Source of the DNA: Raillietiella orientalis | Lineage: Eukaryota | Reading direction: 5' to 3' | Assembly (NCBI GenBank): GCA_036172245.1 | Contig: JAYWIR010000024.1 | Span: 1,302,001-1,366,000 of the forward strand | DNA length: 64,000 nt | Shown: positions 45,901 through 58,830 of the stretch, one piece after another | Layout: every line of letters starts with the position of its first letter | Position numbering within the stretch: the first letter of the stretch is position 1 | Notes under the pieces: model-generated | Database searches by the model: none | What the model was told of the DNA's origin: nothing | The model's input: the letters and a program-made list of their open reading frames with translations, nothing else | Position numbers and translations under genes: made by a program

Positions 45901-48900
45901 GGTGTGCAGGGGGGGGAGGAAACTGCCTGGAGCCGGCAGCGATGCGGACTCGAAGGGAGCGGCTGTCGACTGCGCGCGGCGACGAGCGAGCCAACCACCC
46001 CCCCGGTGCGAGATGTGGGCGGACCCTGTCCTTCACCCGGAGATTCTCTCCGCTTCCCTCGTCCCTGGAGACGCTCGGCGCGCATCAACGATCCAACTTT
46101 CCCACCTGGCATGGAAGGACCGGGGGATGTTCGCGCCTGCCATTTTCGACCCGGTTCTCCGGGCAATCCGGACGCTGGCACTTCCGGTTTTTTTTTGGCG
46201 TACGTGGTGGTGGTGGTGGTGGAGGAAGAAGGGCGCGACCTCCCTCCCGTCGCCCTCAGGCAACCCGGCTCGCGCTGCTGCCTCCGCGCCCTCGGGAACA
46301 GCGCGGGGACGCCCCGAACGCGATCCGGCAAGCGCGCGCGCAGGGAACCGGATGTCCGCGACGCCCGCAGGCGCTCATGCAGTCGCAGGCTGAAAGGGGG
46401 CGGAGAGGTGGACTGACGGCTGCGGCGCTTCGCAGATCGAACGGAAGACCTCGACTCTGGCAGGTCTTCCGTTCGAGCCTCTTCCACTTCTCCTTTCAAG
46501 AGTGAACACGGACCCAGCAGAATTCACGCAGCAGCCCTCAGGATGGGAGTCTTCGAGGAGCTTGGCGCAGGTTACGAGAGAGGGAGAGAGTTCCCTGTCC
46601 CCGGGAGGGGGGGGGGGAGGCGAAAGAAGGGAGGAGGGAGAAGGAAGGAAAATTTCCAAGCTTACAGGGTTGTGCGACCTAGGGATCAAGCGGATCACCT
46701 GATTCCTCGGACAAGGAAAAAGACGCCACTTCTGAACGGGCGCGCGGCATAAATTGGCGCTCCTCCTCCACCGTGGCCGTCCACCGCCCCCATTGCCTCT
46801 GCTGCTGCTCCCACACGGCGTTTCACTCGCGCGCGCGCATGAGCAACCGGACCTGAGGCCGCGCACTACACCCTCCCGCCCGCGCGCACTTCGCTTGTTC
46901 TTCCCTCGCTCCAGCAGAAGACCTGAGGACCAGCGAAGCTGCTCTTCCGCGCGTAGAGCTTCCGCCCTCCTGGTCTGCTGCGTTCTCGCACGCGCGGGCG
47001 GTCGAGACGAGCGGCGGCGGTTTCGACCACCGCGGCTAGGGGGATCACGTGCTTTGAGGCGCCTCGCTCCGCATTCTCGTCTGGAGACATCTTCTCGCAG
47101 ATGTTTTCCGGAGCGGATGACGCCTCGGATGACTAAACGTGCACTTGGGCGCTGAAATCCGCGAATGTCGCAAGAGGAGGACACGACCTCATCCAGGCAG
47201 GAATAGCGGTGACGTGCTTGCTCCAGAGAAACGAACGGGAAGCAACGGTGCTCGGTTCTCTTAAGGGGCACCGTTTCTTTACGTGTTGTTGTTTTACTTT
47301 TATTTTTTCACTCTTTTTTCTTGTTTTGTGTGTTGATGTTGCATTCCATCCTGCAATCTTCTCCTCAGCTTTGTCGCCTTGCTTCCGTCCCGTCAAAGTG
47401 TGGAGCATCTTCACTCCTTACGCCGTCGCCGCTGTCCGAAGCGGAGGCAGAATCGAGCCACGAATGCCGTGGCTCGTGGTTTCGTATCCTTCATCATCCC
47501 CGTGTTATTCATCTCCTTTCGGCTCGCGACAGAGATCACGATCTTCATCAGCAGCTGACCGCTGGAGATAGGTGCCCACCGCGAGATCTGGTGCGAACCC
47601 GGAACGCGAGACGTGCCGTTTGGATGAGGGGGGGGGGGAGGAAGATAACGGACGCGTTCCATGTCGGCACATCCTCTCTTCGGATGTAAAGGGGACGTTC
47701 GCTCGCACCCATGCCCCAACCTGGAGCGTTCCGATGCTTCGGCGGAAGTGGTTGGTCTCTTACGGTTTACGCTGCGATCGTAAAGCGTGAGCAGCCAGTT
47801 CGTGAACGGCCCCGGCATTTCGGTTCAGGGTAAAGATCACACGAATCGCCAGGTCCGCGAGGAGATCGTACCCTAGAACGAAATTCCCAGGCGTGTACAC
47901 GGCTCGTGACGGACCGGACGGCGTGCGATAGAATGACGTCAGAGAGAAGAACGGGAGGAGAACGCGCGCGCGCGGCTAGGAGCTCTTCGGGCTCGGAGGC
48001 CGTTGCGAAACGCGCGGAAAAATGTGCAGACGGGGGGGTCTGCGTCAGGCCTGCTTCTGTGCCTCCGAAAGCCGCGCGCGGGCGGAATCGAACTCGGGAA
48101 ACGCGCGCGCACTGTTAATGACGCCGGAGGCGATCATGGCGCAACAGGAATTGGGACGGCCGCCCGCACCGCGCTCTCCCTGTCAGGGGGGAAAAGTGGA
48201 GTCATCCCTCGGAGAGTGGAAGAACCGAATCCCCGCCGCTTCTTGCTGGAATCCGGAGTATTTATGGGATGCGCGCACGTGTGCATCCCGACACCGGTGC
48301 ACACACACCCACACCCACACACACACACACGATCGTAACATCCGTATCACTTCCACGCTCAGTGCAGTTATACCTGAGCATCGTGTTTCTTTCTTTCTTT
48401 CTTTCTTTCTTTTTTTTTTTTTTTTTTTTTTAATCAATCAAACCAGAAAGCGCTTCAGAGGGAAGGTCAACGAAACGAGAGAGAATGTTACGGTACCCAA
48501 GTTCTCCACCAGGTGGCACAAATCAAGAAGCGCAGTTTTTTACATCACCCCGAATTTTTACTACCTGCTTGCGCGTAGCGTGAATTTACGTGCCGGAGCA
48601 AAGTGGTCGAGATGGCAGAGCAAACTCCGGATTAGCGCGTGATTGCATCCACGCGCTGCACATATAAAGGGGAAAAACCGGCAGGGTCACGTGCAGATCT
48701 CTCCGCGCGTAGGCGCGCGCGCGCGCTCGAGGCTGCTTCCCTGGCGCGCTCGTCCGAAAGGCTGGATTGCCGGGGGGGGCTGTTCCAGCGCTGACCGTCG
48801 CTCCAGTGGAGACAGCCATGCGTTTCTGGGAAGACCAGGAAAAAAAAGAGTTCCCCTTTGAAGGAATGGCGAGTACCTTTTCCCCCGCACGGTTGCTGCA

Positions 48901-51900
48901 ACTGCGCGTGTGCACCCCACCCAGCTCGAGAGAGGGAGGAGATGGACCGGGTGGCAGAAATTAGCTCTGCCCGCTGGGGAAGAGGAGAAGGAAGAGCAGG
49001 GCGCTGGATTTTTTTTTTTCTCCATCTGCGACTCCGACGCCGCCGATGAGCTCACTCTAACCGAAAATGGCTCTGGAATGCTGAACAAGTACTTTCTTTC
49101 TTAGACGTGATCAAAGATATGCATCAGTGCCACAAAAAGATGTGTATCAGCCTCGTTTCCTCTCGTTCCGTGTCCTCGAAAGAAAAAGAAAAAGAAGGAG
49201 GTGGAAAGATACGTGAGTGTCTCCGTCATGGACTCAACGCAGAAAAGACCGGCGTGCGCAGGCGAGTCGCCTAATGTTAGAAGGCAGTAAGAAGCTACGC
49301 AGCACAAGCAGCTGGTCGAGCTGCAGGAAGATCCAGCGGGTTACCAAAGAGTGAAGCGATCGCGACAAGCTGCGCTATGGGAAGGAAAAATTCCCTATGG
49401 AAGCAAATAGCGGGAACGGAGTTGGTAAATTTTCGACGTCATTGCCTACCCGTTTACCCGTAAACGAGAGCGCAGCGGCTGCGGAGGCGTTTCAAATCCA
49501 CTGCTTCGAAACGATCGCTATCTCTGGAGGAGTTTCGGCGAGTCCCGGGTGTGCGCGTAATCGCGATCCACTCTCAAGGGATTCCCGGATTTTCGAAAAC
49601 GCGCTCTTCAGAAGGATGGACTGGTTCAGGCTGGTCCCCCTAGGAACAGGTCAAAGCCTGCTTCTGGATGGCAGTGGAAATAGCCGCTGCCCTGTCTTCA
49701 GCTCTAGTCGAAAGTCACTGAATTAGCACCCGTTTGCTCTTGTCACTGCTCCGAAACATCGCAAGACTGAGCACGCTTCTTCTCACAGGGAATGCCCTTG
49801 AGACCAACGTGAGTGTACGGCTCGGTGTTGGAATGTCACCTCACGTGTTTCGGCAGTGTTCTCGGTGAAAACGAAGATGCACGCTGCAGAATCGCAAGCA
49901 GCCGGTTTCTTGTAAAAAAAACTGAGCCATCCGCCCTGACAGCAAGAGGTCCACTCTTTGATTCATTTAGGATTTGAAAGCTCTGTCAGCTTTATCGATT
50001 CTTTGGAGAATGTCCGGGACGCGGTTCTGGTTCCCCCTTTGCTTCCAAGGAGACATCCCGCCTCATCAAACAGTAGCAAAATTAATGGCGTTTTTAAAAG
50101 TTTGATCTCCTAGGTCCCTGTCCACGTCTTGGCAGAATGGCGCGGAGTTCCTTGAACGCGCAAGCGGGACTTTTCCTGCGAAACGAGAGTTGGAAAAATC
50201 TCCTCGATAGCAGACTGTTGCAGAGACGGAAAATTCAGAAGAAGGAAACTTCAAAGGAGAAAAAACTCTTCCACTTCTTTCAGAGGAGAAGGAAAACACT
50301 TCAGGAACACCCGATGGTTTCATGATTTACTTTTTTCCTGGTTGCCGAGGAGGGACCTTGTTTTCGGAGGCATCGCATGTTCCCGGTCGCTTAGAGGGGC
50401 ACCACTTTATTGGAAATTTTCCCCTCACTACTAGAATTTTCCATTGGAAAAAATTCTAATGAAAGATGTTCTTTTCAATCTGGTAGAATGCACGGATGCA
50501 GAATGGGGTACAGGTAACTTTCCTCAGGATTTTTAAATCACGTGTGCCCCGTTCGTAAACGAAAATAATTTGCAACAAGAACGTGTGATTCAATTGGATG
50601 GCTCTCGAGCTCTTGAGGTTCGCCTTCACGGCTGATAACACGTACTTCATCTCATGGAAAAATTATTATTCCTCTCTTATTTTCCTGAAATCCCATTCAT
50701 CCTTGCCGAAAAATTGATCCCCTGTTCGCAGAGAAAATCCCTTCAGTGCATGGGAGTAATGCGGTTAATGCCTTTTTCCCTCATTCAGATGCTAATGCGG
50801 TTGTGCCGAGCTCTCAAAAGCTAAACGCTAAGGTGTTTAGCACAAGGTAGGATCCAGGATAGCAGTGTCGAGCAAGAATTCAAGGATATGATAAGAGCAA
50901 AGGTTTTCATTCAGAATTTCCATAAAGGATTCCGAAATTTCACTGCGACATCACAGAAATTTCTTAGGTGCGATCCGTCGAGGAATAGGATCCCTTTTCC
51001 TTTTCCCCTTTCTTTTAAAAATAAATAAATAAAATAAAACGTGGAATTATTCAAAATGCTGCCTTTTACTAGGTTTAGCAACCAAACTGAATCGCTGCCT
51101 GTTTATAGCACCTTCTTTACTCAATTTAAGAAAACATGAATCCGCACATGTGTGGGCTATTCATATGTGGGATGATTCCCTGAAATGTCACAAACGCTCC
51201 ACGTGGTCAACCCTTTAGTCATTCGCGAATAACATAATGAACATTAACTATTTTTAAGCAAGAGGACACCGAAACGAAAGTAAACCTTAAAAAAGGTTCC
51301 TTAGAAGCCTCCTCTTCATGCTTTTCGGGTCTCTGCTGCTGCCCGTTTCTATTGAGGGAAGGGGGGGGGGGTCTAAAGCGCCATCGCTAATCGGCGCCAT
51401 AGTCCCTCGCGGCTCTTTGCCTATTTTCTTAAATCTTTTTTCCAACTGCGTTTTGCACATCTATGACTGCACGTTGAACAAGGCTCGGTCATGTTTGATG
51501 GAGCAAAATAATCAACTTAAGCTAAACAAACTTTCTCCAGGCACTGCTGCATCAATTCAACCCAATACCAACACTTGACACCAGTACAAGTTTCGGTGTC
51601 GGAGAGGTTACCGAAACTTGTACAGGATCGGCACGGAAGGTTTAGTGCATATGTGAAATCCCCCTTCTGCCATCAGCGTTTTCTGGCTTATGGACTCGTC
51701 GAAGAACGCTTTGAAGCATTTAGTGGTGTCGTTTATTTGAAACATAATGTTTGTGCATTGCCCCTCAGAAAGAAAAAAAAAAAGACTGAAACGAAAGAAA
51801 ATGACTGTTATGTATTATGTCTAGAGAATACCTTCAACGGGTATACATTGAAGAAATAGTTCAGCATCTTCATAGAAGTAAGTTATCTGACCATTCTAAA

Positions 51901-51939
51901 ATGAGACCCTGGGCATCCAAAAAGAGGAACCGGGGGAAG

Positions 51940-52620
51940 AAAAGCAATTCTTGACGAAGGACTTTAGTGGTTTAGAAAATGCTTCGTGCATAATGTACAT
52001 TATCCCTGTTGACTGAAGAAACATCATTCGTTATTGTGCTAACAGGGAAAAAAAACGCATCTTCGTTCAAACACCTAGAACATTCTTCATCATGTTGGAT
52101 CGACCAGACATTCCTCATTCGGAAGGGAAATAAATTTACCTGTCTGATGGAGTTGGTGCTTCGCAAAAGATTACCGTTTGCTGAATCTCTTTTTTTTTTT
52201 TTAATTTACTCTTAGTAGTTGCATAGAATATATCCAGTAATAATTCACGAACAGATTGTGCAACCCGCCTAGAATGTGAGTACACATTTTCGCCGATCAC
52301 AAAAAGCTACTGCAGAAAGTGTACCAGAGGCAAAATAAGTGTACAAATACATGAAGATACCGTCCAGACGTGATCCAAACCATATTTATCCAAATAAATA
52401 GTTTTAATGAAAGGCAATTTCAAGGACGAGATGCAACGTGAAAATTTCACAAGATGAGAATCCACGGAGAGAAAGTATGGTTGCTACACTACAGGAGCCT
52501 AAAGCAATTAATTACGAAACACTGGTAAGTGTAGTATCCAAGATTAATAATAAATTCATACGAATGAGAAATCTTGAACACAAAGCCCTTCAGCTTTTCT
52601 CTTCAAAAGAAAAAAAGAAA
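51940..52620 (+). mobile_element. Possible hAT (SPIN/GTF2IRD2-like) transposase relic
   Basis: AILDEG (alDEstD-like), TEE...VLTG, and LVSVVSKINNKFIRMRNLEHKALQLF (VvkiVnfIr...LnhR.F-like), in the expected order. Confidence 0.4.
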
Positions 52621-55559
52621 AAGAAAAAAATGTGGTCCTCTGAATGCAGTTAGGAATTTCTCTTTTGCTGTGATTTATTGTTCGCATTATCCCGTCTCGC
52701 CTTAGCCAGTACTTGGAAAATCTACTCTTCTGGATTCACCCGTGTTTAATTTGAAACACATTTTGATTTTCCCTGTTAACTGTGTACGCAATCCCATATA
52801 CCAGGATGGTCGATTCTGCAACGGAAAGTACATGGAAGCATGGTAAACCAAGATCCATGGTTCCAGAGAAACTTCCACAAAATACATCCTGAGATGCAGA
52901 ATCCTAGAAATGGATTTCCTCTGTTCAAATGAATTCAAGTTCCAGCTAAACCTCCATTGATTATCTTACATGGTAGGGAGCTAAATGATCGCGGCTCAAG
53001 ACTATGTAAATGTTACAGTCGAACAAAAAACCGTGGTGTAACTTTACGTACCCATTGATAGCAGCACCCCAAAGAACTTTAGAGAAATAAAACAGACATC
53101 TGAACCACAGTGAGGCAATACTTTTAACCGAAAGTCATGTCTCATGAGGACATCCTCTGGGTCAAACGAACTACGTGAATTCACATTCCCGCTGCTTCGC
53201 GGCAGCATTTCTTGATTTCAAAGCTTCGCTGCCAAATTGGAATAATCGGGTGGAAATAACTTTTGCAGCCACAAGGATCCTCGGCCACCAATGGGTGCAC
53301 GGGTGTGCTGGCATGGGGCTCCTATTCAGCTGCCTGCTGCAAGAATGGAATAGGGGATTTTGGATTGATGTGGTCCCAAGTTCCGTGGCACACACAGAGC
53401 GCAGCACTCTTTCCGAACCACTTTCCACTGGGATCCGTTTTCCTCTTTTTTCGAAAAGGTGAGCTTCGAAAAAGTCTCCCAGGGACACGGGTGGAGGGGG
53501 GGGGGGAAGTATTCGATTCCCGAAGTTAAAACTTAGTAGGAAAGACAAACAGCGGGATCTTCTGGTGCAGAACATTGCGATCATTCAATCATATGGAGAT
53601 AACGTTGTTTACTTATCGTGGCGTGTAAAAGCCGACAGGTTCCCCCGGTCCACAAAAAGGTACTCGTGGCTCTGAGAGGAAATCTACTGGATGCTAATTC
53701 AGAGCAGCGTTTTCCGAAGTGTTCCGCGGAAAGTCAGCAAAGTCAGTCCGTGAGAGATTATGAAAATTTAACATAATTATAACTTGAGAATAAATGTTTG
53801 TTTTGTTTTCTTAACTCTCACATTTACCTGCTTAATTTATTGATTACTAATGTCTATCCCGCCCTATAAGATAACCAAGGCGTTCCGTTGAAATTTCAGG
53901 ATCTGTGAAGTGTTCCGTAGTCATAGGGGAAGTTTGGGAAACGCTGCTTCAGAGGATGCTTGCTAACTTGCGAGTGAACCCGCAGAAGCAATCGCCGTTT
54001 TGGGAACGATCAGCAGCGGGCATCCAAAAGGCATCTCTGGCGGATTCGACGATAGTTGAGTAGGTTATTTAGAGGAGAGGCGCAGAGCAAATGCAGAGTG
54101 CCAGATAGATTGGGCAACTCTTAAACTACGCGAGGAACGACGCATCGTTCTATCTGGCTGGAAAGGTTCGGTGTGAGGTTTGGTCAAATGTGGGACGAAA
54201 ATTTCTTCAGCAGCAGATCGGTGCAAAAGTCAAAGCACTTTTTCCTTTTTTTTAAAGAAAAAAATCTGCTTGGAGGTGACTTGCTTTTTCTTTTGTTCAG
54301 ACTACGAGTGATCTCTTTGTCGAACAAGCGAAATCAGCTGTTCAGGAACTTCAGCGCACACACGCAAAAAAAAAAAAAAAAAATCACTGACCTGCACCCT
54401 CAGCGCGCAGGAAGGACCCACCCACCCTGTTCTGGAGCTTCCTCCGCAAACCACGAGCTGAGGGTTCCCTCCGAGTCCTGCACGCGACGCTTCTGTTTTT
54501 CTGATTTTTTTTTTTGCTCTCGCAGCCACTTCCTTCCCACGGACGAGCAGGAAGCTTCTCTTGCGCGCGGAGACTTCCGGTTTTCCAACGGGATGGAGTT
54601 CGAAGGGCGGAGGTTCGAAAGTACTTGGTGCGATTCGAGAGCGCGACGCTTTCTGGCACAGCGTAGCTTCGTTCTGGTTCACCCGGAACGGAAGCAGTTG
54701 CCCGGCAGGTCTGGTTTCCGCCGACGACCGCCCATCCCGATCAACGAGAATCCTGATTTTTTTGCCTTTCTGCTTTGCCCCTGATTATCCTTACTGCTTG
54801 CAATTCGTTTTCGATTAAGGCAGTGCTTTCCGACATCCGCAGCAGAAAGGAGAGACCCCAGACACGTATGAGAAGGAAAGCACGGAAGCCAAAAGGATTC
54901 CAGCAGACGTGAAAGCCTCTCTCTCTCTCTCCCATTCCCCTCCCCTCTCTCTCTGGAGAGATGCGAATCTTGGTGATTACTAGATCTTGAGATTCAAGAT
55001 CACGTCGAGCAAAGTCACTCGAGGGAGAGGAGAGCCGAAATCGGATGACGAATCGAGAAGAACTCTGAGGCAAGATCAGAGGCATATGAGAACTCAGAAA
55101 GGTAACCCCGCGGGAAGCGCTGATGGGCAAGCTCAAGATTCTGCGACCCACTTTCGACTGGTTTGCTAGGAAGCCGAATGTTCTCGCCGCCGGCGAGACG
55201 GCATGAGAAAGCTCGGGCAGTTCCAGGCAAGGTTCCAGAAAATGGACTCGCCGCCGGATCTTTCCTCTGGATCTTCCGAGCATCCTTGGTGCTGGAGGAC
55301 GCGCAGCTCCCAGCTGCACTGCTGCTTCCTTTGTCTCAGCAGGGAGGGAAGGCACCCGAAACGGGAAGCACGCGAGACGAGCGACGAAACCCTTGACCGA
55401 AGGCGCGCAATCGGCAGTGGAGAATTTGGTCGAGGATTCGCGGTGAACTGACCACGATCGGGTGCCAGAAATAAGATGACCGGCATGGAAGGGCCGGGGG
55501 TAGGGGGGGGGGGAAGGGAGTGGGAAATTCAAATACACCAGACTCTAGGACGCACCGTA

Positions 55560-55730
55560 GAAGAGACCTTAGAAGCACGGAGAAGTGTTTCCGAAGAGAA
55601 CACGCAAAAGAAACTGGCAGACCGAGCACGTGTTTCCTAGTGGATGTTCCGGAAATGGCGAGCCCTCCAGGATGGATGGAGCTTGGGATAGGCGGACGGC
55701 GTGGCGATTTTGCCACAGAAAGAGGAGATG
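55560..55730 (+). mobile_element. Possible RTE-clade LINE 3' end relic
   Basis: TGRPSTCF..D...GWMEL followed by DRRTAW resembles the GRP..rW.d....W...A.DR..W RTE C-terminus. Confidence 0.35.
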
Positions 55731-57880
55731 AACCGGATCGTTCTGGACTGGTCTTGTAGCCGATACACCTGAAGAAATGGATGCTTGATCTAGGAATCCG
55801 AAGGAGGAAATCACGTCCAAAGAGAGTTTCTTCTTTCTCTTCCTTAACACATGATTTTCCCAGCAATTAGCATCGGAAGAAAACACGGGCAGGCTGCTAA
55901 TGGATTCTAATAAGACAAGCTCGAAAACGGTATTGAGGAAAGGCCTTCGACTTGATGGAAACGGTCGATGGGACACTGAGGTCATGTTCACTTTTGCGCG
56001 CGCACTCCTGGCGCACCTCATGCACGAAATTTCAGCGAGGATGTTTTAACAGCATCAATTAGCTGAATTTCCTTCTAGCAGGTTTAGGCATTTTTTTTCC
56101 TTTTTTGCGAGCTCGGAACGAACGAAGATCCCCCCAGGAATGTTCTCTGGGAACAGCTACTCCTGCTCCATGGCTCCAGCAACTCCAGTCATTCGGAAAT
56201 AGGAAAACGTTGCCTTCAATCCAAAGGAAGAAGAATAAAAAAAAAAAAATAAATAAAATTGTCCAAACAAAACATCCCCATGCTCCACACAGGGGAACCA
56301 GGGGACGTGGTCAACAATGCCTGCGGCGTTCCCAATCTTACAGAGAATTAGTTGACGCCAAGGTCTTACAGAAGTCCAAAACTAGACGGGCAGACTCCAT
56401 CAGTCTGGTCATTCGTATCGACGCAATCACAAACAGTGCTTCAGCAGTCATCACAAAAGTCCGAGTGGCCGAACGGAGCACTGGAAAAAGAGAGCGACCA
56501 AGACAGACGCGCACTTGGTTCACCCAGAGGAAGAAACAACCAGGATCCATCAAGATAAAAGCACCCACATGTCGCTGTGTGTCGCTCACCCAGAAGCACA
56601 GCTGTGAACTTGAGCCTAAGGACAGAGGTTCAGGATCATGGAAAGGAAGGTTTCTTTCAGGACCTTTTCTTTCGTCTTTTCCGTACGGACTGACAAAGAA
56701 CCACCAGTGAGCTGCTAACACGAACAGGAATCTGCACGGAAGTCACACGTAGGATCAACCAGATGAGCTTCGACATGCACGAGGAGAGCAAAGATTTCAC
56801 CGCGCGCCATTTTCCAGCAAGCTGCGTTCGTACAATGTACGGTTGTCGAACAAAATAGACGCAGAATATCAGAACGGTTTTTCGATTTACAATGCACGCT
56901 ACGAACTCATTCGGGATCTCTACGGAGGTTATATTATCAGGAAAAAGAGTGGGGGGGAGGGAGAGAGAGGGAGAAAAAAGCTGTTTGTTTGCTTTCCATC
57001 GAACTCGGAAGGTTGCGTTCTCTCGAACCCAGCTCGGTAATGGAAAAGATTTCCCGCTGAAGGCGCCATCGACGTCTGCCATGCAGCTAGTAAAGGTGGA
57101 AAAGAAGAAAAAATCTCAAGAAAGAGGAAGCAGCTGAAGACGAGGATCAGAAGCGATAACAGAAACAAAGGCGGGCATCACATGATGCCGGATGACTGCG
57201 TGGTTTCTGGACGAAAGCTCAGCCACAGAAAAAAGCCATCAGTCCGAAGAGTACTTCAGGAAAACAAACAAACCGCAAACATTAGGCATACACAAAAACA
57301 CGAAGGCTGTGCTCTTCTTTCTGAATAAAACGAAAGAAGACACATACCATAGAGCCCTGCATAGTTATCGCTTAAATGGCCCGGGTTCCCTGGCCACGCA
57401 ATGGAGGCTGCTTTCCCATAAGCTTGGAGGCAACACATTGTTCCATCTTTTGGAGCCCTAGTTTTCTTCTCGTGGAGCTCCCTCTGAAAGCTACTTGACA
57501 GGCAGCTTCAGCAAAGTTCAACCTGCAAATAAATCTGAACGAAAGCAACTCCCGAGCTGCTTTTGTTTTCCCATCTGCGTAACTCAGATCCACACTTGCG
57601 AGCGCATTTTATGACTTCTTGAAACATCTGCATACATTAAATAATTCATCGATTGTCCAAGTAATCACGAAATCCACGATTTAATTTCACTCAGTCGCCT
57701 AGTTCCCCATCAATCGAATTTTTTTCACACATAGAGATCACGTTCGGAACTCTCGGCTTTATGACTGTACAAGAGATCTGAACTGCGCTCATTGCGTCGA
57801 CGGAAGTAACGTTGGTTTGGTTTCACCTTCCAAATACTCACCGAGTGTTTCTTCTTCCCCACTATGCGTTTACAATCCGA

Positions 57881-57884
<4 letters not shown>

Positions 57885-57912
<28 letters not shown>
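57885..57912. repeat. (TG)n microsatellite
   Basis: Uninterrupted TG run. Confidence 0.95.
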
Positions 57913-57916
<4 letters not shown>

Positions 57917-58619
57917 TTTAGAAAAAGTTTTCATTCACATCGATAAGGTTGGTTGATAAGGCCGCTTTGTGAAGAGCGCACAAGAGGTCCTGAGATTATA
58001 TTTCCGCAGTGGCAACCGGCTAATGAGGCAAATTAATACTCAAACCGATGCATCGGATAACACGCTAATGCAAATGAAAGTCAAAAGCTACGAAACAGGA
58101 AGAAGGAAAAAAAACACGCACAAACACACAAATAACGGAGAAAAAGATTTTCCTTTAGTTGTTGTAGAACCACCTGAATCTTGCAGCGAAATCCCATATG
58201 AATGATAGTTCCCAAAGTCATCAATCGAGGTCAAAAATGATAAACTCGCGATGAGTTTATGATTTGAACCGATTGCTCACATAAGCAAACGCTGGAATGT
58301 GTTGTACGCAAGTTGATCAATACCGGACCACCCCTCAATTCATTCGTGAAGAAAGGGAAATGGTCAACGCCAGCTGTACGTGATCCAGACATGGTCAGGA
58401 CCAGGACATGGTCCTTCCGACTTCGTGTTGGGAAGAGTTTGCCGTTCCTCGACTTGGGCATGGTCTTCGCAAGATGGAAACCAACCTTCTTTCGCAACGA
58501 ATGAGATGATGAAGACACCCCTTCAAAGGAGAAAAGAAAGAAAGAAAGGCGGAAACGGATGATTTCTTGCTTCCCCTGACTTTCCTCGTATCCGTGCCTT
58601 TCATATCCCAGAAGTCCAG

Positions 58620-58830
58620 GACGGCTCGATGACGCGCCCGAAACTGGCATTTCCTTGCTCGGAATCTTCTCTAAAGGGTGAACGGAGAGCGCGCGCTGCA
58701 CCATTAAGCAGGGGGGTGGGTGGGTAGTAGTTGGCTGGCGGAGCCACGCCGTGCCATAGAGCGCTGGAGTGCCCAGCGTTTCCGTTACGCGTCCAAAAAA
58801 AGACTCGCATTGTTGCCTGGATGCTCGGGG
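58620..58830 (+). mobile_element. Possible L1-clade post-RT relic
   Basis: GISLLGIF (kyLGi.f-like) then W...RRAIERWSAQRFRYASK (W..r.lS..Gr-like). Confidence 0.35.
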
